DNA from: an uncultured Solirubrobacterales bacterium
Lineage (GTDB): Bacteria; Actinomycetota; Thermoleophilia; Solirubrobacterales; 70-9
Assembly (NCBI GenBank): GCA_963844395.1
Contig: CAWJNX010000001.1
Coordinates: 857,252-921,251 of the forward strand
DNA: 64,000 bases
Direction of reading: 5' to 3'
Under the pieces are notes generated by a model that was not told where the DNA came from, made no database searches, and saw nothing but the letters and a program-made list of their open reading frames with translations. The position numbers were made by a program, and so were the translations under genes. Every line of letters starts with the position of its first letter. The stretch's first letter is position 1. This document shows, piece after piece, positions 53,007 through 61,021 of this stretch.

Positions 53007-53052
53007 TCATGAAGGAGATCCTCGGCAAGCAGATGGGGTTGTAGGGATTAGC
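53007..53052. repeat. attR core (46 bp)
   Basis: It is an exact duplicate of 47539-47584. Confidence 0.85.
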
Positions 53053-53054
53053 GG

Positions 53055-53408
53055 GTGTTCGCACGCGGCCATCAACCAGCCCTCGGCGACGCCGTCCGCC
53101 TGCTCCGCGAGAAGCGCGGCATGACCCAGGAAGCCGTAGCCCAGGCCGCCGGCATCACGACCGCCACCCACTCCCTGATCGAGCGGGGCCTAGCCAAGCC
53201 AACCTGGGACACCGTCAAGAAGATCGCCGCCGCCCTTGGCTCGTCGATGGGCGAGCCAGGCAAGCTCACTGACGACAAGCTCGACACCGGCTGCGCGCCG
53301 ACGTCGCGCAGACGGTTACCCGAAAACAGCTACGCGACCTGGACTGTCTTGTGGCCGGCTTCTTCGCGCAGGTTGAACTTCTCCCGTGGCCGACCGGACG
53401 GGGTGTAG
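53055..53408 (+). CDS. Xre-family HTH paralog abutting attR (probably 5'-truncated, with a 3' extension)
   Basis: The GTG lies 3 nt after the att core. By hand count, nt 53070-53276 versus 50244-50450 match at 173 of 207 positions. The tail runs 79 nt into the convergent DUF2188 gene. Confidence 0.6.
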   Translation: MFARGHQPALGDAVRLLREKRGMTQEAVAQAAGITTATHSLIERGLAKPTWDTVKKIAAALGSSMGEPGKLTDDKLDTGCAPTSRRRLPENSYATWTVLWPASSRRLNFSRGRPDGV

Positions 53409-53563
53409 ACGATGACCGTCCCCTTGTCCTGTTCGAGGAGCACCGCTCGCGCCTGGGCAACGGCTTCTTCGAGCCGCGGGTGCGTCGAAAGCACCTTCTT
53501 CTCCCTACGGACTTGCCACATCCCCGAAGGCGAATCCTTCACAACGTCGAATTCGGTAGCCAT
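53330..53563 (-). CDS. DUF2188-like small protein
   Basis: The ATG at 53563 gives MATEFDVVKDSPSGMWQVRREKKVLSTHPRLEEAVAQARAVLLEQDKGTVIVYTPSGRPRE. Confidence 0.65.
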   Translation of the reverse strand: MATEFDVVKDSPSGMWQVRREKKVLSTHPRLEEAVAQARAVLLEQDKGTVIVYTPSGRPREKFNLREEAGHKTVQVA

Positions 53564-53636
53564 GCGTTCCTTTCGTCGTTGTACAGAAAGTTTAGTTCCT
53601 GTGGCGGCGTCTGAAGGGCTTGCAAGAGACGACGTT

Positions 53637-54962
53637 CTACTGTGCGAGTTGAGCATTTCCGGGCTCGAAGAACCGCGCGTACAGTTTCCGCACCTGACCC
53701 TCCGTAAGCCCGGCGAGATAATCGCAGATCAGCCTGTGCAGGTCACCCTGACTGTCTTCGGCCGAACGCAGCTGAGGCCGCATTCTCCGCGGAAAGAGCA
53801 GGAAGCGGTCACGGGGAGGTTCGCGTAGACAGCTGTCGTACAGCGCTTGGAAGAGCCGGTCGAGGATCTCGTGTCCCTTGAAGAAGACGCCAGCCGTGAT
53901 CTCGCTGCGCAGCAGGTACTCGACCGTGATCGCCTTCAGCACCTGGTTGCGCACCCGCATCTCTTTCGGAATCTCCAGCCTGTAGTCGAAGAGGGTCTCT
54001 CCCGGACCGATCGCAACCACGTCGCCGGCGAGGACGAACTCGTTGATGAAGCCCCGCGAGAGCTCGCGGACGACGTCCAAGGGAATCTCAGGCGCCCACT
54101 TCGCGAGCGCGTTGTAGAGCTCGCCGAGGATCTCGGTCACTTCCTCCTCGCTTGGGACTTCCTCATCGACCCAGACCCTTGGCGCGTCGGCGATGCTTCT
54201 GTAGACGGTCTCGACAAACTGGTCCGACTTCCAGGTCGCGGGCAGCAGCAGGCCGCTGGCGATCCCGTCCTCGAGGTCGTGAACCGAGTAGGCGATGTCG
54301 TCCGCCCAGTCCATCAGCTGGCAGGGCAGCGTGCGCGGCGGCCGGTCCACCGGCTTCTGCAGCAGTCCTTGGTCAGTACCGTCGTAGAGCCACTTCACCA
54401 TCTCGGGTCCAGTGTCGTCGGCGTAGAGGAACTTCCCCGCCTTCGTGTCCCCGTTGCGCTCGTAGGGGTACTTGAGCAGTGCCAGCAGCGTTGCCCTGCA
54501 GAGGTCGAGACCGAGGTAGTCCCAGTGCTTGGGCTCGATCCTGGTGACAATGCGGAAAGTCTGCGCGTTGCCCTCGAAGCCGCCATGGTCCTTCATCCGC
54601 GCGTTGAGCGTTTCCTCTCCGGTATGGCCAAACGGAGGGTGGCCAAGGTCGTGCGCCAGGCAGGACGCCTCCACCAGGCTCATGGGCACTCCGAAGCGGC
54701 CAGCAAGGCCGCGGCCGATCTGCGAGACCTCGATTGAGTGGGTGATCCGGGTGCGCAGGAAGTCAGCTGCGTGGGGCTCGAAGATTTGCGTCTTGCCCTG
54801 CAGGCTCCTGAAGGCAGCCGAGTGAATGATACGGGCACGGTCGCGCTCGAACGGGCTGCGCGAATCCTTGTCGTCCTGCGCCGGCTCGTCGATGTTGTAG
54901 CGGGCAGTTTCCCGCTCGGAGAAGAAGTCGAACTCCTCAAGTCCCCCCACGCTTGAATCCAT
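53637..54962 (-). CDS. dGTPase-family (HD-domain) deoxynucleoside triphosphate triphosphohydrolase
   Basis: The ATG at 54962 gives ...SPFERDRARIIHSAAFRSLQGKTQ...RITHSIEVSQIGR...LAHDLGHPPFGHTGE.... Confidence 0.85.
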   Translation of the reverse strand: MDSSVGGLEEFDFFSERETARYNIDEPAQDDKDSRSPFERDRARIIHSAAFRSLQGKTQIFEPHAADFLRTRITHSIEVSQIGRGLAGRFGVPMSLVEASCLAHDLGHPPFGHTGEETLNARMKDHGGFEGNAQTFRIVTRIEPKHWDYLGLDLCRATLLALLKYPYERNGDTKAGKFLYADDTGPEMVKWLYDGTDQGLLQKPVDRPPRTLPCQLMDWADDIAYSVHDLEDGIASGLLLPATWKSDQFVETVYRSIADAPRVWVDEEVPSEEEVTEILGELYNALAKWAPEIPLDVVRELSRGFINEFVLAGDVVAIGPGETLFDYRLEIPKEMRVRNQVLKAITVEYLLRSEITAGVFFKGHEILDRLFQALYDSCLREPPRDRFLLFPRRMRPQLRSAEDSQGDLHRLICDYLAGLTEGQVRKLYARFFEPGNAQLAQ

Positions 54963-55092
54963 ATCACCTGGAGAGCGCCTTGGGCGTTCCCTTGCGGAAA
55001 TAGGACGATGCCGGGAATCGACGACAGATGTCGAATTGGAACGCGCACACGCTTCCCGCGGTCTGGAGCGGGTAATAAGCGAAGGAGCGATC

Positions 55093-55278
55093 ATGCCTGA
55101 AAGCCGGCAGAACATCTCGATTACGGCGCCCCTGGTGATACGGCGCGCCGATTTCTTCGCCGCGCTCGCCTCCCCTCAGGTGCAATCGACCCTCGCCCAC
55201 GCGCGGGCGATCCTTGCTGCGGAGCGCTTCCCCCCACGAAACGGTCGCCGTGCCCGCGGGGGTTTCTCGCGACCCTAG
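55093..55278 (+). CDS. Small ORF (61 aa) with a strong SD, convergent with the GNAT-like gene
   Basis: gaaggagcgatcATG. The sequence is MPESRQNISITAPLVIRRADFFAALASPQVQSTLAHARAILAAERF.... Third-position GC is high. Its stop and the GNAT stop share one CTAG. Confidence 0.5.
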   Translation: MPESRQNISITAPLVIRRADFFAALASPQVQSTLAHARAILAAERFPPRNGRRARGGFSRP

Positions 55279-55853
55279 ACGGGCGGCTCGCGGATCGGAT
55301 ACCAGAGGCGCGGCGGGGCGCCGGCTGGCTGATCCTCCGGTGCTGCACGCTCGAAGTGGAAGCGCCGCATCCAGAGTTTCTCGGCTGTTTCGTCGTCGTG
55401 GGGGGTGACGACCATAGCCGTGGCCTCTTCGTCCATGCCGATCGAGACCGCGTACTCGAAGAGCTGGGTACCGAAGCCGACCGGGCTGTTGGAGCTGCGT
55501 GCGATCCACGAGACGTCGACGGCGATCTCCAGCTTGTCGGTGGGAACATCCCCGTCGGAGTCCGGAGCGAACCTGAACGGTATGAAGCCGAGCACACAGA
55601 AGGCGAGCAGCTCGTTGCGGGGAGTGAGATCGAGCACGGTGAGCAGCGGCAGTTCGGGCGAGCGCAGCTGACAGCGGAGCCAGCTGAGCGCGTCCTTGGC
55701 GGCATCGAAGGGCAATGGCTTAAACTTCTCGATCGCGGCAACGAGAGTCGGGTCAAGATCGCGTGTCAGGGTGCCGGCGGGAAGTCGGACCTTGAAGGTC
55801 TCCACGGCCTCCATAGCGCTGCTGCCACTCACTGTGATCCCTCTCTCGCCCAT
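55275..55853 (-). CDS. GNAT-fold acetyltransferase-like protein
   Basis: It has ...LAFCVLGF...VSWIARSSNSPVGFGTQLFEYAVSIG...AMVVTPHDDETAEKLWMRRFHF. An SD (aggaagg) lies before the ATG at 55853. Confidence 0.6.
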   Translation of the reverse strand: MGERGITVSGSSAMEAVETFKVRLPAGTLTRDLDPTLVAAIEKFKPLPFDAAKDALSWLRCQLRSPELPLLTVLDLTPRNELLAFCVLGFIPFRFAPDSDGDVPTDKLEIAVDVSWIARSSNSPVGFGTQLFEYAVSIGMDEEATAMVVTPHDDETAEKLWMRRFHFERAAPEDQPAGAPPRLWYPIREPPV

Positions 55854-56070
55854 GCTCGCCTTCCTGCCCCGATTCTCGAATTCCGCCGCCGGCCTGCGAG
55901 CACTTGCGCATCGCTGACTGGATGTGAAGAAAACTCAGCTGATCTTTACTCAGCCGTCCCTTTGCAAACGACCGCCGTTTACAAGTCTAGCCGATCGAGT
56001 GTCGGCAACGGTACGCCTGTGCGAGGACCAAGGTACGCCGAAGAATCGACTGGGCGGTGCTCGGCTGCGG

Positions 56071-56265
56071 TCAGCCGGCGAGGCCTTGTCGGCGGCGGAG
56101 GCATTGCGCGTGCGCTTCGCTGTTCATCACCTGCACACCGGGATGGTCGAGGTTCGAGACAAAGGACGAGATCGGGATGTTCATGGACCCCGAGCGCCGT
56201 TGCAGGGCCTCCTGCGGCGACGCATAGACCTCGCTCCTCCCAGAGGGCTTGTCCAAAATCGTCAT
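56071..56265 (-). CDS. Small hypothetical ORF (64 aa) with a strong SD in an A/T-richer gap
   Basis: gaaggagtcagccagATG. The sequence is MTILDKPSGRSEVYASPQEALQRRSGSMNIPISSFVSNLDHPGVQVMN.... I recognise no family. Confidence 0.4.
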   Translation of the reverse strand: MTILDKPSGRSEVYASPQEALQRRSGSMNIPISSFVSNLDHPGVQVMNSEAHAQCLRRRQGLAG

Positions 56266-56618
56266 CTGGCTGACTCCTTCGATTCGATTGACATGTGCCT
56301 GATTTCCGAATCGTCGGAGGCACCGCTCCGACCCGGTGCGCAAGATAACAGACCGTTCCCATGTAGTTTTCTGAGACGCCCTGTCTACGCTCGATGGGCC
56401 TGGTTGGGGAAGTCTGGACGGGGAGGTGGGGACGACGCCTTCGCTAGCCGAGCTCGCTGACCTCTATGGGACCGACAGGAGCCCGGTCAGCCCCAGCCCA
56501 ACTACCCGACGGGAATTCCGGCGGGTTTCGTCCCGCAGGGAATGGCTTGAGCCGCTTCGCGGCTAGCCGGTGGGGAGCGTAGGATCGTCGGGAGGCAGGC
56601 CCGACGAAAGGAGATCCG

Positions 56619-56921
56619 ATGCTCTGTGCATTGACCGTTCGCAAGCTGAAGCCCGGCTCGATGGAAGACTTCAAACGGGCGTTCGTTCCGCAGGACACCT
56701 CGAATGTCCCCTCGGGCTGGAAGAAGTTCTACGCGCTGCAGAACGTCAACAACGAGAACGAGGTGATCACCTTCGGCCTCTTCGACGGCACGCTCGAGGA
56801 GCTGCGGGCCGGGCAGCAAGGCGGCGAATACGACGAGCGGCGGGCGGCGGGCGACGAGTTCGTCGAATCGGTCGGCGCCGACGGCGTCTTCGATGTCGTC
56901 GAGGAACGCTCGATGGACTGA
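56619..56921 (+). CDS. Small ferredoxin-like (ABM/Dabb-type) protein, hypothetical
   Basis: aaaggagatccgATG. It is 100 aa with an alternating beta/alpha pattern. The functional assignment is weak. Confidence 0.55.
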   Translation: MLCALTVRKLKPGSMEDFKRAFVPQDTSNVPSGWKKFYALQNVNNENEVITFGLFDGTLEELRAGQQGGEYDERRAAGDEFVESVGADGVFDVVEERSMD

Positions 56922-56932
56922 GGGGGCGAGCG

Positions 56933-57358
56933 ATGAAGCAGCGGGTCAGCCTGATCACGCTGGGCGTCGCCGACCTCGGGCGGGCGCGGCGGTTCTACGA
57001 GGGGCTCGGCTGGAAGACCAATGCCGGGCCGGAGGACGAAGTCGTCTTCTTCCAAGCGGGCGACATGGTGTTCGCGCTCTGGGGCCGCGAACGGCTGGCC
57101 GAGGACAGCTGCGTCGAGGACGGCGGCGGGTGGGGTGGCGTGACCCTTGCGGTCAACGTCGCCTCCCCCGCGGAGGTCGACGAGATCACCGAGGAGGCGC
57201 GGAAGGCGGGAGCGACGATCGGGCGGGAGCCGGCGCAAACGTTCTGGGGCGGTTACAGCTCGCTCTTCATCGACCCCGACGGGCATCCGTGGGAGGTCGC
57301 TCACAATCCGCGCTGGACGATCGCCGAGGACGGCGGCGTCCGTCTTCCCCCCAGATGA
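56933..57358 (+). CDS. VOC (glyoxalase/bleomycin-resistance) family protein
   Basis: It has MKQRVSLITLGVADLGRARRFYEGLGW...FIDPDGHPWEVAHNP. Confidence 0.85.
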   Translation: MKQRVSLITLGVADLGRARRFYEGLGWKTNAGPEDEVVFFQAGDMVFALWGRERLAEDSCVEDGGGWGGVTLAVNVASPAEVDEITEEARKAGATIGREPAQTFWGGYSSLFIDPDGHPWEVAHNPRWTIAEDGGVRLPPR

Positions 57359-57561
57359 AGCGATCCGAGCGCTCCGACGATGTCTGGCTTTAGCCCGAGG
57401 TTCAGGGCGGCCAGGCAGAGCAGCCCAAGCCGAACAAATGGGTGCCCCGACCGTTCATGGGAGGCCGAACGGCCGGAAGCACCCTCGTACAACAACGGGC
57501 CCCGTCGCGGAATGTCAGATCCAAATTCCTGATCCGGTAGGTCCGTCGTACGATCCGAGCC

Positions 57562-58014
57562 ATGATCTACCTGCTGCGGCACGGTGAGGCCGAGCGAGGC
57601 GACGGCGACGATGCGGCACGACGCCTGACGCCGAAGGGCGAGCGGCAGTCGGAGGCGGCCGGGCAGGCCTTGGCCGTGCTCGGCACCCAGATCGACGCCT
57701 GCCTGACCAGCCCCAAGGTGAGAGCGGCGGACACGGCCCGGCTCGCCTGTGAGGCATTGGCGATCGAGCCGGAGATCGCGACCGAGCTGGCCGAGGGAGG
57801 CTTCGACTCGCTGGTGCTAGCCGCCGGCCGCGGCGACACGATGCTGGTCGGACACGAGCCCGACTTCTCGAGCGAGGTGGCGCGACTCACCGGGTCCAGG
57901 GCGAAGCTGCGCAAGGGCGGGCTGGCGATCGTCGATGGTGAGACGCTGCTCGCCCTGCTGCGACCGGGGGACCTCGCCGCAATCGCCGCCGCACCGGCAG
58001 AAGTGCGCGAGTGA
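57562..58014 (+). CDS. sixA: SixA-type phosphohistidine phosphatase
   Basis: It has MIYLLRHGEAE...LTPKGERQ...SPKVRAADTA...GHEPDFS. Confidence 0.85.
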   Translation: MIYLLRHGEAERGDGDDAARRLTPKGERQSEAAGQALAVLGTQIDACLTSPKVRAADTARLACEALAIEPEIATELAEGGFDSLVLAAGRGDTMLVGHEPDFSSEVARLTGSRAKLRKGGLAIVDGETLLALLRPGDLAAIAAAPAEVRE

Positions 58015-58826
58015 GCCCGGGGGGCGAGCGGCTCAGGGCCCGCGTTCATCTCAATCTGATCGACAGCTCGCGCCAACTGTTCGAACTCGATCCCGGTGCT
58101 GTGGTCGAGGCCGGAGACGGATGGTTTTTCGGCGCCGGTCGCTCACCGCATCCGGCAATCTCCAACGCGGCGTTCCGCACCGATGACGAGCTCGATTCCG
58201 AAGAGTTCCTGGAGCGCGCGAGAGCCTTCTTTGAAGGCCTGGGAAGGGGGTTCAGCGTCTGGCTGCGGCACGAGGAGCTCGCCGACCGCGACCTGCTCGC
58301 CGCGGCCGAGGCGGCGGGGCTGACGCAGGTTCACGAGATGCCGGAGATGGTGCTCGGCGAGCGGCCCGAAGAGCGACCGCTCCCATCGGGGGTCGAGCTG
58401 CGGCGGGTCAGCACGGCCGGCGAGGCGGAGGACTACTGGCGGGTGGCGACCCTCTCCTATGCGAGTCTCGGCTTCCCACCGGGAATCTTCGACTTCTACG
58501 AGGATCCCACCGGCCTCCTCGCCGAGAACGCGGCTGCCTTCATCGCGTACCTCGACGAGAGGCCCGTTTCGATCGCGATGACGATCGTCAGCCACGGCGT
58601 CGCGGGCATCTACTGGGTGGGAAGCCTCGAGCAGGCTCGCGGCAAGGGGCTGGGATGGGCGCTGACCGCCACCGCCACCAATGCCGGCTTCGATCTCGGC
58701 GCGGACGCCGCCTCGCTGCAGGCCTCGGTAATGGGCCGACCGATCTACGCGGCAATGGGCTACGAGGCGATCTATGACTACCGGCTGTTGATGTCAGCCC
58801 CACCCGAGGCCGCGGATACCGCCTGA
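58011..58826 (+). CDS. GNAT-family N-acetyltransferase
   Basis: It has ...GIYWVGSLEQARGKGLGWALTATATNAGF...PIYAAMGYE. Confidence 0.75.
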   Translation: MSPGGERLRARVHLNLIDSSRQLFELDPGAVVEAGDGWFFGAGRSPHPAISNAAFRTDDELDSEEFLERARAFFEGLGRGFSVWLRHEELADRDLLAAAEAAGLTQVHEMPEMVLGERPEERPLPSGVELRRVSTAGEAEDYWRVATLSYASLGFPPGIFDFYEDPTGLLAENAAAFIAYLDERPVSIAMTIVSHGVAGIYWVGSLEQARGKGLGWALTATATNAGFDLGADAASLQASVMGRPIYAAMGYEAIYDYRLLMSAPPEAADTA

Positions 58827-58840
58827 ACGGTGGTCGGCGC

Positions 58841-59497
58841 TTAGGGACGCAGGCGGAAGGGCGGATAGCGATCCGTGACCAGGGCAAAGGCGTAGCCGAT
58901 CACTCGATTCTGCCAGCGGTAGGTGCCCTCTACGAACTCGAACAGGCCACGCGGGTAGCGGCCGGTGAAGAGAATCGCGAACCAAGCGATGACGACCGCG
59001 AAGAACGCCCCGATGAAGAGGAAAAAGAGGACGACGTAATGGGGAATCGCTAACAGCCACTTGACGATCGGCATGCCGCGCCCGAGCTCTGCCTCGACAT
59101 CCGGATAGGGGAGGTCGAGGTGGACAGACTGACGCTCGTCGGTTGAGGGGTAGCGATCGTCCATCAGCGATATGTAGACGCCGATCCGATTCGTAAAGCG
59201 GAGGATTTCGAGGTTCCAGTCGAACCACCAACGCGGATATTTCTTGCGAAAGAGGATCATCAGGCCAGCCGGCAGGGCGACCAGGCCGAGGCCGGCGCCA
59301 CCCCACAAGCTGGTGTCGAGGTGAACTTCGCTCGACCATGATCCGCCCACGACCAGGGACGCCAGGATCAAGATCGGGATCACGGTGAAGATCCGGAAGA
59401 AGGTCGTGAGGCGGTTCAGCGTGCGGTCCGGGTAGTCGACCGCGAACGTGACGGGGTAATCCGAGGGTCCAACCGCTGGATTCGGCGACATCTCCAT
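58841..59497 (-). CDS. DUF4389-like membrane protein
   Basis: It has ...TFAVDYPDRTLNRLTTFFRIFTVIPILI... and ...LLAIPHYVVLFFL...FTGRYPRGLF. Confidence 0.7.
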   Translation of the reverse strand: MEMSPNPAVGPSDYPVTFAVDYPDRTLNRLTTFFRIFTVIPILILASLVVGGSWSSEVHLDTSLWGGAGLGLVALPAGLMILFRKKYPRWWFDWNLEILRFTNRIGVYISLMDDRYPSTDERQSVHLDLPYPDVEAELGRGMPIVKWLLAIPHYVVLFFLFIGAFFAVVIAWFAILFTGRYPRGLFEFVEGTYRWQNRVIGYAFALVTDRYPPFRLRP

Positions 59498-59565
59498 TTA
59501 CAGGCTCCTTCTCCTGGGACTGGGGCTTCGGTCTTCGACCGGCAGGCCTCAAGCCCTTCCCGTCA

Positions 59566-59581
59566 CTGACTGGCCGGTCAA
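59566..59581. promoter_or_regulatory. Near copy of the 35612 palindrome (cTGACTGGCCGGTCAA)
   Basis: 13 of 16 positions are identical to TTGACTGACCAGTCAA. It lies 69 nt upstream of the SDR start. Confidence 0.35.
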
Positions 59582-59649
59582 CCAGGACACCGTCCTTCCC
59601 TGTAGCCTCCGCGCCCGACTTCCGAGACCTAGAAGGAGAGCGCAGATAG

Positions 59650-60481
59650 ATGGGACTTCTCGATGGGAAAACGGCGATCGTCACCGGCTCCGCCCGTGGC
59701 ATTGGACGGGCCACTGCCGAGCTGTTCGTGGCTGAGGGCGCCAAGGTTCTGATCAACGACCTCGACGCCGACATCGCCGAGCAGGCGTCAGGCGAGATCG
59801 ATGGCGAGACGGCCGTCCACGCCGGCGACCTGACCAAGGAGGGCGCGGCCGACGAGCTCGTCGCCGCCGCGGTCGACGCCTTCGGCAGCGTCGACATCGC
59901 CGTCAACAACGCCGGCTACACCTGGGACGGCGTCGCCCACAAGATGAGCGACGAGCAGTTCCAGGCGATGCTCGACATCCACACCGTGGTCCCCTTCCGG
60001 GTCGCCCGGGCGCTCGCCCCCCACTGGCGCGAGGCAGCGAAGGCGGAGCGCAATGAGGGCAACGAGGTCTTCCGCAAGCTGATCAACGTCTCCTCGACCT
60101 CGGGCACGATGGGCAACGCCGGCCAGGTCAACTACTCGGCCGCGAAGATGGGCGTCGTCGGCCTGACCAAAACCCTCGCCAAGGAGTGGGGGCAGTTCAA
60201 GATCAACGTCAACGCCGTCGCCTTCGGCTTCGTCGAAACGCGCCTGACCCAGGCAAAGGAGGCGGGTGAGGAGATGACCTCGCCGGGCGGGGAGAAGATC
60301 GAGCTGGGCATCCCCGAGCAGATGCGGGCGATGGCCTCGGCGATCATCCCGATCGGCCGTCCCGCCACGCCCGAGGAGGCGTCGGGCCCGGTGCTGTTCC
60401 TCGTCCTCGCCGCTGGCCAACTACATGCACGGCCAGGTCCTCAACGTGACCGGCGGCATGTTCGGGGGGATGTACACCTGA
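59650..60481 (+). pseudogene. FabG-like short-chain dehydrogenase/reductase with a 1-nt insertion at about 60403
   Basis: It has ...TAIVTGSARGIGRA...NNAGY...YSAAKMGVVGLTK.... After GPVLFL the expected tail SSPLANYMHGQVLNVTGGMFGGMYT* is in the +1 frame, with its stop at 60479-60481. Confidence 0.8.
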
Positions 60482-60561
60482 GCTCGACGGCAACAGAGGG
60501 CAGGCCGTCGCCCCGCTACCTCGACCTGGCGGACCGGGTCTGGCCTGCCCTCCATCGCTTC

Positions 60562-60969
60562 ATGGGCCTCCACACGCTCGCCTACCGGGCGAGCGGTGGA
60601 CGGCTCGGCCACACGCTCCCCGGCGTGCCGGGCAAGATGCTGCTGCTCGACCACGTCGGGGCCAAGAGCGGCACGAAGCGCACCTCTCCCCTCCTCTACG
60701 TGCCTGACGGCGAGAACGTCTTCATCGTCGCCTCCAAGGGCGGCTTCCCCAAGCACCCCGCCTGGTACCACAACCTGATGGCCAACCCGGACACGACGGT
60801 GCAGATCGGCCGTGAGCGGCGACCGGTCCATGCCCGCGTCGCGACGCCGGAGGAGCGGGAGCGCCTCTGGCCGATGGCGGTGCGGGCCTATCGCGGCTAC
60901 GCCGACTACCAGAAGCGCAGCAAAGGCCGCGAGATCCCGCTGGTCGTGCTCGAGCCGCGCAAGCCTTAG
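60562..60969 (+). CDS. Deazaflavin (F420)-dependent nitroreductase family (DDN/DUF385) protein
   Basis: It has MGLHTLAYRASGGRLGH...LLLDHVGAKSGTKRTSPLLYV...VASKGGFPKHPAWYHNLMANP...YQKRSKGREIPLVVL. Confidence 0.8.
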   Translation: MGLHTLAYRASGGRLGHTLPGVPGKMLLLDHVGAKSGTKRTSPLLYVPDGENVFIVASKGGFPKHPAWYHNLMANPDTTVQIGRERRPVHARVATPEERERLWPMAVRAYRGYADYQKRSKGREIPLVVLEPRKP

Positions 60970-61021
60970 CGCTGCCTGGCGACTTCTTCGCCTATAAGGC
61001 GCAAAAGTCGCCAGCCAACGG

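Larger units (their letters stand above)
47539..53052. mobile_element. Integrative element of about 5.5 kb bounded by 46-bp perfect direct repeats (attL/attR)
   Basis: The identical 46-mer tcatgaaggagatcctcggcaagcagatggggttgtagggattagc occurs at 47539-47584 and 53007-53052. Inside are an integrase, a xis-like HTH and Xre regulators, and the cargo is A/T-richer. Confidence 0.85.

Noticed and set aside
52820-53044. A 74-aa ORF ends in MKEILGKQMGL.
   Set aside because: It is an artefact of the attR copy of the ACAD 3' end. The upstream part has no coding character.
57359-57561. A 200-nt gap upstream of sixA as a possible ncRNA, and the antisense ORF 57301..57582.
   Set aside because: I could find no convincing stem-loops, known RNA motifs or coding signal by eye. 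Only a 10-nt direct repeat (cgatccgagc) lies at its two ends.
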